Assembly (NCBI GenBank): GCA_021107855.1
Contig: JAIORZ010000002.1
Span: 245,425-309,424 of the forward strand
Direction of reading: 5' to 3'
DNA: 64,000 bases
From: an archaeon
GTDB taxonomy: Archaea > Nanobdellota > Nanobdellia > Pacearchaeales > GW2011-AR1
The notes under the pieces are model-generated. The model made no database searches, was not told the origin of the DNA, and worked only from the letters and a program-made list of their open reading frames with translations. Shown in pieces: positions 55,389 through 64,000 of the stretch; within the stretch, counting starts at the first letter, position 1, and every line of letters begins with the position of its first letter. Made by a program: the position numbers and the translations under genes.

Positions 55389-56372
55389 ATGAAATATATT
55401 GTGGGGATTGAATCGACGGCGCATACTTTTGGTGTCGGAATTTTAGATTTAGATGGGAATATTTTGGCAAATGTCCGAGATTCTTATACCACGGATGAAG
55501 GAGGGATGATTCCGTTGGATGTTCGAACTCATCATGCCAGAGTCAGCGACGAGGTTTTTACAAAAGCTCTAAAAGAAGCCGGAGTCCACGAGAAAGATTT
55601 AGAGGTTGTTGCTTTTTCTAATGCTCCTGGTTTGGCACCCTGTTTATTAGAAGGAATGGCTTTTGCGAAGAAGTTAGCGAAAAGATTGAATGTCGATTTA
55701 GTTGAAGTTAATCATTGTGTCGCACATTTAGTTATAGGAGAAAGTATTGGAGCGAAAGACCCGGTGATGCTTTATGCCAGCGGAGCAAATACCCAGATCG
55801 TTGCATACGAAGGTGGACGATTTCGGATTTTTGGAGAGACCTTAGATTTGGGTGTTGGGAATTTTATCGATACTGTCGCGCGATTTATGGGACTGGGTTT
55901 TCCTGGAGGACCAAAGATTCAAGAGTTGGCAGAGAAGTATAAAGGTGATTTGTTAGATTTACCATATTCTGTTAAGGGGATGGATGTTTCGTTTTCTGGG
56001 ATGCAGACTAAGATTAGGAATTTAATTTCCAAGGGTGAAAATAAAGAGAGAATTGCTTTTGCTTTACAAGAGACGGTCTTTGCAATGTTGGTCGAAGTCA
56101 CAGAAAGAGCACTTGCACATACTGGGAAAAACGAATTACTGATTGCTGGCGGGGTCGGCTGTAATTCCAGATTGCAAGAGATGTGTCAGAAGATGTGTGA
56201 AGACAGGGGTGTTAAGTTTTTTTGTCCAGACAGAAGTTTGTTGGTTGATAATGCTGCAATGATTGGGTATTTAGGGTTGAAGATGTTCCAGTCCGGAATG
56301 GGGACGAAGGATTATGACAGAGTTGATATTGCACCAAGAGAAAGAACGGACGAGGTCGAGGTTTCGTGGTAG
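55389..56372 (+). CDS. kae1: tRNA t6A synthase Kae1/TsaD
   Basis: GIESTAHT, HH, PGLAPCL, VNHCVAH, SGANTQ, GETLD, GFPGGP, DNAAMI. Confidence 0.96.
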   Translation: MKYIVGIESTAHTFGVGILDLDGNILANVRDSYTTDEGGMIPLDVRTHHARVSDEVFTKALKEAGVHEKDLEVVAFSNAPGLAPCLLEGMAFAKKLAKRLNVDLVEVNHCVAHLVIGESIGAKDPVMLYASGANTQIVAYEGGRFRIFGETLDLGVGNFIDTVARFMGLGFPGGPKIQELAEKYKGDLLDLPYSVKGMDVSFSGMQTKIRNLISKGENKERIAFALQETVFAMLVEVTERALAHTGKNELLIAGGVGCNSRLQEMCQKMCEDRGVKFFCPDRSLLVDNAAMIGYLGLKMFQSGMGTKDYDRVDIAPRERTDEVEVSW

Positions 56373-56407
56373 GAAGTTTTATAAACCAAAATCTCACTTA
56401 AATTATA

Positions 56408-56430
56408 CCAATGAACGCTTCGGCGCGAGG
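56408..56430 (+). promoter_or_regulatory. Kink-turn in the rpl7ae 5' leader (autoregulatory element)
   Basis: CC-AAT-GA-ACGC-TTCG-GCGC-GA-GG matches K-turn geometry; it starts ~30 bp after TTTATAAA at 56378. Confidence 0.75.
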
Positions 56431-56466
56431 AGGAATTCTCGATTGGAACTAAAATACAAGGAAAAA

Positions 56467-56763
56467 ATGGTATCGGTATATGATGTTATAGAGAAAGCGG
56501 CTAAGACCGGAAAGGTTGACAAGGGTGTAAACGAAGTAACTAAGGCGGTTGAACGAGGAATCGCTAAGTTAGTTGTTGTTGCGTCAGACATTGACCCAAA
56601 GGAAATAACGCAGCACTTGCCTATTCTCGCGAAAGAGAAAGGCATTAAGTTTGTCGAAGCTGATTCTAAAGAGAAGTTAGGAATTTCTGTTGGAATCAAT
56701 AGGCCCACGGCGGCAATAGCTGTTGTTAAAGAAGGCGAAGCGAAGCTTGACTCTTTGAATTAA
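56467..56763 (+). CDS. rpl7ae: 50S ribosomal protein L7Ae (start corrected to 56467)
   Basis: TGKVDKGVNEVTKAVERGIAKLVVVASDIDPKEITQHLP. Confidence 0.95.
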   Translation: MVSVYDVIEKAAKTGKVDKGVNEVTKAVERGIAKLVVVASDIDPKEITQHLPILAKEKGIKFVEADSKEKLGISVGINRPTAAIAVVKEGEAKLDSLN

Positions 56764-56806
56764 TTTCCTTAAATTTTCGAGCGAATAAATAACACTTAAA
56801 TAAAAA

Positions 56807-57109
56807 ATGGCAAAAACAACAACAAAGACAGATAATCAAGAAAAGAAAAAGGCAAGCGGGTCTAAGGGTTCGGAAAAATTAACTGAGGGTGGTGCGGTTC
56901 CGGCGATTGTTGAAGCTTGTTTAGCTCGGGGTGGGACTAGAGGAGAAGTTACTCAAGTTATGTGTAAAATTTTACAGGGGAAAAATAGAGGGAAGTCTAT
57001 GAGAAGGAATGTTCGGGGTCCTGTTAAGAAGAGAGATATTTTAATGTTGAGGGAGACTGAAATTGAAGCTCGGAGAATGGGAAAGAGACCTCGGAGGGGG
57101 AGTAAATAA
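56807..57109 (+). CDS. rps28e: 30S ribosomal protein S28e with a basic N-terminal extension
   Basis: RGGTRGEVTQV.CKIL.G......RRNVRGPV...DIL.LRETE.EAR. Confidence 0.93.
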   Translation: MAKTTTKTDNQEKKKASGSKGSEKLTEGGAVPAIVEACLARGGTRGEVTQVMCKILQGKNRGKSMRRNVRGPVKKRDILMLRETEIEARRMGKRPRRGSK

Positions 57110-57360
57110 TGGGAAATAACTTAAAGAGTGCTGTTGAAAGTGCTATAACTTCTATAGTAGAAATGAAAATAGATAAATTAAGGATAGGAAATGTTCCTAA
57201 AAGTGAAATTACAGAAGGTACCTTAGAATTTTCTAAAAAAGCTCCGTTTAAAGATAATTATTATATTACCATAGAGGAAGGTTTTTGTGATTTTGAGCGT
57301 TCTCCTCATATCGTCAAATATGATGTTGTTGTAAGAAAAATTGATAGGAGTGGTTGTTAA
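57109..57360 (+). CDS. Hypothetical protein inserted in the r-protein operon
   Basis: 83-aa ORF coupled to the rps28e stop and 1 bp before rpl24e. Confidence 0.6.
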   Translation: MGNNLKSAVESAITSIVEMKIDKLRIGNVPKSEITEGTLEFSKKAPFKDNYYITIEEGFCDFERSPHIVKYDVVVRKIDRSGC

Positions 57361-57361
57361 A

Positions 57362-57592
57362 ATGCCAGTCTGCACCTTCTGCAAAAATAGTTATGAATTC
57401 CCAAAAGGAACAACTGTTGTCCAAAAAGATTCCTCAGTAAGATTTTTTTGCAGTAGCAAATGTCGGAAAAATATGGAGATGGGGCGAGTTTCTAAGAAGG
57501 TTAAATGGATTATTAAGAGCGATATTATAAAAACAGAAAAAACGAAAAGAGAGGCAGATTGGAAGGCCAGACAAGAAAAAACAAAGAAATAG
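57362..57592 (+). CDS. rpl24e: 50S ribosomal protein L24e (start corrected to 57362)
   Basis: CTFC....PKGTT.V..D......FCSSKC.KN..MGR...KVKW. Confidence 0.95.
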   Translation: MPVCTFCKNSYEFPKGTTVVQKDSSVRFFCSSKCRKNMEMGRVSKKVKWIIKSDIIKTEKTKREADWKARQEKTKK

Positions 57593-57718
57593 AACGAGAT
57601 TTTTTAGGTGCATGCAATTTTACTTATTTTGTAATTCGTCGTCGACGATTTCTGATTTTACCACCTAAACGTTTATAAAGAAAGATTGTTTTTTTTGTGT
57701 AACTAAGAGGAATTCATC

Positions 57719-59623
57719 ATGAGCAATAAAGATTATTCGGCACGAGATATCAAGGTTTTGGAAGGGCTCGAGGCGGTTCGGAAGAGACCCGGAATGTATA
57801 TCGGTTCTACTGATAAGTATGGACTCCACCACTGCGTTTACGAAATCGTGGATAATTCTGTTGATGAGCACATGGCTGGGTTTGGAGATGAAATCAGGGT
57901 TACAATTAATAATGACAATTCTATAATAGTTGAAGATGACGGCCGAGGTATGCCAGTAGATATACATCCCGTTTACAAAAGACCGGCGATGGAAATCGCT
58001 ATCACAAAACTTCATGCAGGCGGTAAATTCGACAACAAAACTTATGCGGTCTCAGGAGGCCTACATGGCGTCGGTATTTCAGTCGTATCCGCTTTATCCA
58101 AAAAAATGACGGCCGAAGTTCGAAAAGATGGCAAAGTTTATGCGCAAAGTTACAAAATTGGTATACCTATTGCAGATTTGAAAGTTGTTGGCAATTGCGA
58201 CAAAAAGAAACACGGAACAAGGATTAGATTTACACCAGACGATAGTATTTTTACGACGCTGGATTTTGATTATAAAACTTTGGCGACCCGATTTAGGGAA
58301 ACTTGTTTTTTGAATGCTGGACTTAGAATTACTTTTACAGATTTAAGGAACGAAAAAATTCGAAGTGATTCGTTTTGTTATGAGGGTGGCTTAGTTGAGT
58401 TTGTAAAGTGGTTGAACAAGACTCGGAAACCGATTCACCAGAAACCGATTTATTTTAAGAGAAAAGAAAATGGGACTGTCGTTGAAGTTGCAATTCAGTA
58501 TAGTGATTCTTATAATGAGAATATCCAAGGTTTTGTAAATACAATTAACACGATTGAAGGCGGAACGCATGTTGTTGGATTGAAGACGGCCTTGACGAGA
58601 GTGATTAATGATTATGGGGCGAAGAAGGGGACGTTGAAGAATGGAAATAAGTTGATGGGGAATGATGTTCGGGAAGGGATTACGGCTGTGATTTCCGTTA
58701 AAATGTCCGAGCCGCAATTTGAAGGACAGACGAAAACGAAACTTGGGAATGGGGAAATTAAGGGAATCATTGATTCGATGGCGAGCACTGCTTTAACTGA
58801 TTTTTTAGAAGAGAACCCTGCGGTTGGTAAGGCGATTTTGAATAAAGCGACTGCTGCTTTGAAAGCGCGGGAAGCTGCAAAAAAGGCAAAGGATTTGATT
58901 CGTAGGAAGAATGCTTTGAGTGTTGGATCTGGGCTTCCTGGTAAATTAGCAGATTGTTCAAGTAAAAAAAAAGAGAATACGGAGCTTTATATTGTCGAGG
59001 GGGATTCTGCTGGTGGCACGGCAAAAGGTGGACGTGACAGAGAAACCCAAGCAATTTTGCCTTTGCGTGGTAAGATTTTGAATGTTGAGAAGTCAAGCCC
59101 GGCTCGTGCTTTGTCAAGTGAGATGATTTCGAATATGATTACGGCGATTGGGACGAGTGTTGGAGATTCTTTTGATATCAATAAGTTGCGTTATAATAAG
59201 ATTATAATTATGACGGATGCGGATGTTGATGGACAGCATATTAAGGCGTTGATGCTAACTTTATTTTTTCGTTATGTCCCGCAATTAATTGAGGCTGGGC
59301 ATATTTTTGTCGCAGTTGCCCCGTTCTACAAAATTAAGAAAGGAATGAAAGAATATTATGTTTATAATAACGAAGAACTGAAAAAGAAAACCGCCGAGCT
59401 TGGTGGAAAATTGGAGATTGGACGGTTTAAAGGTCTGGGTGAAATGAATGATGAACAGCTATGGGATACGACGATGAATCCGAAGACGAGACGGTTGAAA
59501 CAGGTCTCAATTGAGGATGGCGTCGAAGCGGATGAAACTTTTTCATTATTAATGGGAGATGCGGTTGCTCCACGACGAGCTTTTATTGAAGAAAATGCAG
59601 ATAAGGCGGAGGTTGATTTGTGA
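57719..59623 (+). CDS. gyrB: DNA gyrase subunit B
   Basis: EAVRKRPGMYIG, EIVDNSVDE, DDGRGMP, GGLHGVG, IVEGDSAGG, PLRGKILN, MTDADVDG, RFKGLGEM. Confidence 0.97.
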   Translation: MSNKDYSARDIKVLEGLEAVRKRPGMYIGSTDKYGLHHCVYEIVDNSVDEHMAGFGDEIRVTINNDNSIIVEDDGRGMPVDIHPVYKRPAMEIAITKLHAGGKFDNKTYAVSGGLHGVGISVVSALSKKMTAEVRKDGKVYAQSYKIGIPIADLKVVGNCDKKKHGTRIRFTPDDSIFTTLDFDYKTLATRFRETCFLNAGLRITFTDLRNEKIRSDSFCYEGGLVEFVKWLNKTRKPIHQKPIYFKRKENGTVVEVAIQYSDSYNENIQGFVNTINTIEGGTHVVGLKTALTRVINDYGAKKGTLKNGNKLMGNDVREGITAVISVKMSEPQFEGQTKTKLGNGEIKGIIDSMASTALTDFLEENPAVGKAILNKATAALKAREAAKKAKDLIRRKNALSVGSGLPGKLADCSSKKKENTELYIVEGDSAGGTAKGGRDRETQAILPLRGKILNVEKSSPARALSSEMISNMITAIGTSVGDSFDINKLRYNKIIIMTDADVDGQHIKALMLTLFFRYVPQLIEAGHIFVAVAPFYKIKKGMKEYYVYNNEELKKKTAELGGKLEIGRFKGLGEMNDEQLWDTTMNPKTRRLKQVSIEDGVEADETFSLLMGDAVAPRRAFIEENADKAEVDL

Positions 59624-59880
59624 TGGGATGTAAATATTGCGACGGATGCAAAAAAGATATTCAAGTTTCCTTTTGTCCAAAATGCAAATCACGAAATGTT
59701 GGATATGTTTTTGGATTTGGAAATTTATTTGGCGTTGTTCCGAAAATGAGATGTAAGGATTGCGGTTTTGAAATGGCGAGTTTCCCCATCTTGTCTATCA
59801 GTGAAGAGAAGTTACATAAGGCTGTTGATAAGATGAAAAAGAAAGCTGTTAAAAAAACTAATAGGAGGAAAAAGAAATGA
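59620..59880 (+). CDS. Small Cys-rich Zn-ribbon protein between gyrB and gyrA
   Basis: CKYCDGC, CPKC, CKDC and a basic tail; overlaps both neighbours. Confidence 0.7.
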   Translation: MMGCKYCDGCKKDIQVSFCPKCKSRNVGYVFGFGNLFGVVPKMRCKDCGFEMASFPILSISEEKLHKAVDKMKKKAVKKTNRRKKK

Positions 59881-62396
59881 GCACCGCCGTTAGCATTGAA
59901 GAAGCCATGAAGGACGCGAGTGAGTTTGAAGCGAAGAGAAAAGAGATGAGGGATTCCGTTAAAGCGAAAGTATTGCTTGATGCAGAAATTTCTGGTGAAA
60001 TGCGCGAAGCTTATTTGAATTATTCAATGAGTGTTATTGTTGGGAGAGCCCTTCCTTCTGCCGAGGACGGATTGAAACCTGTTCACCGTAGAATTCTTTG
60101 GGGGATGAATGAGATGGGAGTTTTCCATAATAAACAAACCAAGAAAAGTGGACGTATTGTTGGAAACGTTATGGGTAAATATCATCCACATGGCGATGCT
60201 TCGATTTATGATGCAATGGTTAGAATGGCACAGAGTTGGAGTTTGAGATATCCATTAGTTATTGGTCAGGGTAATTTCGGTTCTATGGACGGAGATTCTG
60301 CGGCTGCGTCTAGGTATACTGAGGCGAAAATGGAGAAGATTTCTATGGAATTGTTAGCAGATATCGAAAAGAACACGGTCAAGATGATGACAAATTATGA
60401 TAATACATTGGAAGAGCCCGAAATTATGCCTGGGAAATTACCGCAGCTTTTTTTGAACGGAGCATCCGGCATTGCAGTTGGTATGGCTACTAATATTCCG
60501 CCTCACAATTTGAACAATACTTGCGACTCCATTATTACTTACCTAGATAATCCTAAATGCGAAGACAAAGAGTTAATTACCGCTATCAAGGCACCTGATT
60601 TTCCGACAGGAGGAAGTGTGTGTGGAGAAATTAAGAAAATTTATACCGAAGGTAAAGGTAGATTGACACTTGATGGAAAAACTATTGTTGAAGAACCTAA
60701 GAGAGCAAAAGGGAAGACCAAAATTATAATTACAGAGATTCCGTACCAAGTTAATAAGGCGAACTTAGTTGAGCAGATTGCGAATTTGACGAGAGATAAG
60801 AAGTTACCTGATATTTCAGATATTCGAGATGAGTCGAGTAAGGGGAAAATTCGAGTTGTAATTGAACTGAAGAAAATGAGTGAACCGAAGTTTACCTTGA
60901 ATCGATTATATAAGTATACCCAATTGAGGATTTCATTTAATGCGAATATGTTGGCGTTGGTTGATAGGGTTCCTAAGATGTTGACCTTGCGTGATTATGT
61001 TCAAGTTTATGTCAAGCATCGACAGGGTGTGATTCGGAAAGCGAAAGAATTTGATTTGACGAAAGCGGAAAAAAGGTTGCACATTGTTGATGGGTTGTTA
61101 ATTGCACAATCAAATATCGATGAAGTTGTCCGTCTGATTCGGGCAGCGAAGGGGAAAAGTGATGCTGGGGCACAATTAAAATTGAAATATAGTCTGAGTG
61201 ATAAACAAACGGAAGCGATTTTGGAAATGAAATTACACCAGATTACTTCGTTGGAGTTTGAGAAATTGAAGAATGAAGAAGGTGAGCTAAAGAAGTTAAT
61301 TGAAAAGTTGAAGAATATTTTAGGGAACGAAAAATTGATTTTGAAAATTATTCGTGAAGATTTGAATGAATTGAAAACAAAATATGGAGATAATAGAAAG
61401 ACTAAGTTGATTGGAAAAATTGGTGATTTTGAAGAGGCTGATTTGGTTGATAAAAAAGATGTTGTCGTAACGTTAACAGCGAAGGGCTATATTAAAAGAT
61501 TGGATTTAGCGCAATACAAAGAGCAGAAGAGAGGCGGGAAGGGCGTGATTGGCTCGGGATTGACCGAGGGCGATTTTGTTAAAGAGTTGCTAACTTGTTC
61601 GACTCATGATTACATGTTGTTTTTTACCGATAAAGGAAAAGTCCACTGGCTGAAAGCTTATGAAGTTCCGGCCTCTGCTAAGTCGACCAAAGGGCAGGCG
61701 ATTATTAATTTATTGCATCTAAAAGATGAAAAGATTACGAGTGTTTTGGCTGTGAAAAAGTTCGATGACTTATTAATGATGGCGACAGCTAAAGGCGTTG
61801 TGAAAAAAATTGAATTAAACCAATTTAGTAATCCAAGAAATGGCGGCATCAAGGCGATTAAAGTTATGGAAACAAATGATTTATTGATTGGTGTTAAACG
61901 AATGAAGAAGAATCAAGAAATTTTACTTGTGACTAAAAAAGGGAAGGCGATTCGATTTAAATCCAGTGAGGTTCGAGCAATGGGTCGAGCAAGCTATGGT
62001 GTGACCGGAATTAAAATGAGCGAGGGAGACAAAGTCGTATCACTGGAAGTTTTACCAGTTGAGGATAGAGATAAATTTTCGATTTTAACTGTAACGAGAA
62101 AAGGATATGGGAAGAGAACCGCGATTGACGATTACAGATTAACTGGTCGAGCTGGGAAAGGTGTAATTAATATGAACGTGACGGAGAAAACTGGTGAAGT
62201 TGTAACATCGAGGTCAGTCCTAAAAAAGGATAATGTGATTATTACGACAAAAAAAGGAATTGTAATTCGAACGCCTTTATCAAATGTGAGAGTAATGGGA
62301 CGAGCAACGCAAGGAGTCCGAATAATTAATCTATCGGATAAAGACAGGGTCAGCGATTTAAGTAGGGTTCCGATTGATGAAGTAATTGAGGAATGA
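59877..62396 (+). CDS. gyrA: DNA gyrase subunit A
   Basis: DGLKPVHRR, YHPHGD, AAASRYTEA (catalytic Tyr), GyrA box QKRGGKG, six-blade CTD repeats. Confidence 0.97.
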   Translation: MSTAVSIEEAMKDASEFEAKRKEMRDSVKAKVLLDAEISGEMREAYLNYSMSVIVGRALPSAEDGLKPVHRRILWGMNEMGVFHNKQTKKSGRIVGNVMGKYHPHGDASIYDAMVRMAQSWSLRYPLVIGQGNFGSMDGDSAAASRYTEAKMEKISMELLADIEKNTVKMMTNYDNTLEEPEIMPGKLPQLFLNGASGIAVGMATNIPPHNLNNTCDSIITYLDNPKCEDKELITAIKAPDFPTGGSVCGEIKKIYTEGKGRLTLDGKTIVEEPKRAKGKTKIIITEIPYQVNKANLVEQIANLTRDKKLPDISDIRDESSKGKIRVVIELKKMSEPKFTLNRLYKYTQLRISFNANMLALVDRVPKMLTLRDYVQVYVKHRQGVIRKAKEFDLTKAEKRLHIVDGLLIAQSNIDEVVRLIRAAKGKSDAGAQLKLKYSLSDKQTEAILEMKLHQITSLEFEKLKNEEGELKKLIEKLKNILGNEKLILKIIREDLNELKTKYGDNRKTKLIGKIGDFEEADLVDKKDVVVTLTAKGYIKRLDLAQYKEQKRGGKGVIGSGLTEGDFVKELLTCSTHDYMLFFTDKGKVHWLKAYEVPASAKSTKGQAIINLLHLKDEKITSVLAVKKFDDLLMMATAKGVVKKIELNQFSNPRNGGIKAIKVMETNDLLIGVKRMKKNQEILLVTKKGKAIRFKSSEVRAMGRASYGVTGIKMSEGDKVVSLEVLPVEDRDKFSILTVTRKGYGKRTAIDDYRLTGRAGKGVINMNVTEKTGEVVTSRSVLKKDNVIITTKKGIVIRTPLSNVRVMGRATQGVRIINLSDKDRVSDLSRVPIDEVIEE

Positions 62397-62401
62397 TTTG
62401 A

Positions 62402-63019
62402 CTACATTGTTTTAGGACTAGGTGACTGTTCTATGGTTTGCTCCGGTGAATTTGGTTGGTTTTCTGGTTCAGGGACGGGAAGCTCTTCTTTAAATACCTT
62501 TTTTGTAATCTTGTCTGCAATCGTTGCTTTTTGAGCTTTGAATATTGCCGGTTGCTTTTTAAGGTCCTCTTTTGATTTTATGAGCTTAGTCTTTGAGATA
62601 ATCTTTATGAACATGTCAATTATGTAAGCTAAAATTATGTAAACGATTAAATCCAAAAATAATTCTTTCAGTTGCAAAGGTGAACTCGGATCTATTAACC
62701 CGAGTTTTAAGAAAGGCCATGGGTATCCTGCCTTTACCTCTACATTCATATCCCCAGATATAAGTTTGTTAAATGGGAACTGGAAAAGAGCTAGAATTAT
62801 TACAGCCAGAAAAATGAATCCAAGAATCACCGCCATCCTGTCTGTCGGGGCAAGTCGTTTTAAAATTGCCTTAAAGCTATCTGGAACGGTATTTCCTCCT
62901 CCTCCAGCATATTTGTATTCAACTTTTTTTTTCGATTTTGGAGTTGCATTTCCCGTGGGAGTTGGAACTTCGGATTTATTATCTACAGACTTTTTACTCA
63001 CTTCTTTTTGGACTGGCAT
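62402..63019 (-). CDS. Hypothetical membrane protein
   Basis: Two TM segments flanking G-Y-P-W-P-F; Pro/Glu-rich tail. Confidence 0.65.
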   Translation of the reverse strand: MPVQKEVSKKSVDNKSEVPTPTGNATPKSKKKVEYKYAGGGGNTVPDSFKAILKRLAPTDRMAVILGFIFLAVIILALFQFPFNKLISGDMNVEVKAGYPWPFLKLGLIDPSSPLQLKELFLDLIVYIILAYIIDMFIKIISKTKLIKSKEDLKKQPAIFKAQKATIADKITKKVFKEELPVPEPENQPNSPEQTIEQSPSPKTM

Positions 63020-63041
63020 ATCCTAACTGCGCATTTTAAGT

Positions 63042-64000
63042 TTAAATAATCTCTCCAAATCCTATTAGTCGCCAATGCCCGTTCAGATTCCGTGCAATTC
63101 CGATTGATTCTCCTTTCAGAGGAACGACCGGGATTTTAAGAGAAAGGTCCACTGCATTTTCGTATGTCTTAAAAACTTGCCCAACGGTAATTGAAGTATT
63201 AAGACTTAACATCAGCATCTCATTTGGCTTTAGTCCCTCTACAGCTTCGTGTTTCCCAGTGCCGAAAACTTCTTCAAAAAGAGTATATTTTATCTTTATA
63301 TTTTCTGTAATTTCTGGAAGAACTCCCTTTTTTGAAGCTACTGAACCAGAAATTGAATCCGCTTTTGTCAAGGTTGGGTCAAGTTCGGTTTCTATTGCTA
63401 AAGATCCTCCAGAAGTCGCCTGAGATATCGGGTAATTGCCTTTTTGCATTGAAACGATTTTTGATTTTACGGTTTTGTAATGATATTGGTTGTTCTTTTT
63501 ATAAGAGTACCCAGGCTTAATCTCTATTGTGTCTCCAACTTTCAACGTTCCTTGTTTTAAGGCTCCACCAAGCACTCCGCCATGGAGCTCTTTTATCGAA
63601 GTTCCAGGCTTATTAATATCGAAACTTCGAGCAACTAAAAAAAGAGGTTCCTCGTTTTTATCTGGTTTTGATATTTCTATATCACATAATTCTTGAAGTA
63701 TTTTATCGAGGTTGACTCCTTGAATTGCAGAAACGGGAATTATGGGCGCATCTTCAGCGATGGTTCCTTTAAGGAATTCCTTAATTGCCTTGTAGTTATT
63801 TAGAGCCTGGTCTTTTGATAAGAGGTCTATTTTATTCTGGACGATTATGATTTTTTTGATTTTTTTTGCCTTAAGTGCTATAAGGTGTTCTTGTGTTTGT
63901 GGTTTTATTCCTTCATTTGCTGCAACGACTAAAATTGCAGCGTCCATAATTGCAGCACCCGAGAGCATCGTTGCCATTAACATTTCGTGTCCGGGAGCGT
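63042..64000 (-). CDS. eif2g: Translation initiation factor 2 gamma subunit (5' part outside the window)
   Basis: APGHEMLMATMLSGAAIMDAA, PQT.EH, QNKIDL, RSFDINKPG, GGVLGG, WRLIGFG. Confidence 0.96.
   Translation of the reverse strand, partial: APGHEMLMATMLSGAAIMDAAILVVAANEGIKPQTQEHLIALKAKKIKKIIIVQNKIDLLSKDQALNNYKAIKEFLKGTIAEDAPIIPVSAIQGVNLDKILQELCDIEISKPDKNEEPLFLVARSFDINKPGTSIKELHGGVLGGALKQGTLKVGDTIEIKPGYSYKKNNQYHYKTVKSKIVSMQKGNYPISQATSGGSLAIETELDPTLTKADSISGSVASKKGVLPEITENIKIKYTLFEEVFGTGKHEAVEGLKPNEMLMLSLNTSITVGQVFKTYENAVDLSLKIPVVPLKGESIGIARNLNGHWRLIGFGEII

Noticed and set aside
56411-56452. 13-codon uORF (MNASARGGILDWN) in the rpl7ae leader
   Set aside because: Its ATG is part of the K-turn bulge/GA pair, which explains the sequence better; there is no coding evidence.
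56314-56466. ORF-track N-terminal extensions of rpl7ae, dys (to 52921), hypC (from 3553), DUF134 (from 13509) and the 44718 start
   Set aside because: They overlap neighbouring genes or promoters and precede the family-typical N-termini, so downstream ATGs were used.
57639-57648. Perfect palindrome TCGTCGACGA upstream of the gyrB promoter as a supercoiling sensor
   Set aside because: A 10-bp palindrome is expected by chance in 64 kb, and there is no supporting repeat.
1-64000. CRISPR array, cas genes, transposases, integrases, rRNA
   Set aside because: No regularly spaced repeats or recognisable motifs were found.

Overview
A 64 kb piece of a small-genome archaeon, most likely DPANN (Pacearchaeota/Woesearchaeota-like). 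This is inferred from archaeal-type information genes (TFS, aCPSF1, proteasome beta, class I CCA enzyme, L7Ae/S28e/L24e, eIF2-gamma, Kae1), gyrase, and many Cys-rich surface ORFans. The left arm is a fermentative energy module: pfkB-fba-tpiA translationally coupled to hypA-hypC-(HypC-domain protein), a complete group 3b NiFe hydrogenase hydBGDA with its maturation protease, and a ROK kinase. It is followed by a membrane-fused Schlafen protein, a split RsmF, a NifX/permease/CcdA cluster, map, and a CDC48-sHSP-CDC48 operon. The centre has three tRNA loci (Lys-CTT, intron-containing Ile-TAT with a perfect BHB, Glu-TTC). Each carries an inserted or duplicated sequence, and rtcB lies close by. Next come a surface-protein cluster and the oapABC operon, interleaved with three constant-N/variable-C paralogs. 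The right arm has cca, trmB, aCPSF1, psmB, a decarboxylase-dys pair, a disA-DHH pair, kae1, rpl7ae with a K-turn leader, gyrB-Zn-ribbon-gyrA and a partial eif2g. No CRISPR array, rRNA, transposase, integrase or reverse transcriptase was seen. All family assignments come from motif recognition by eye, not database searches.
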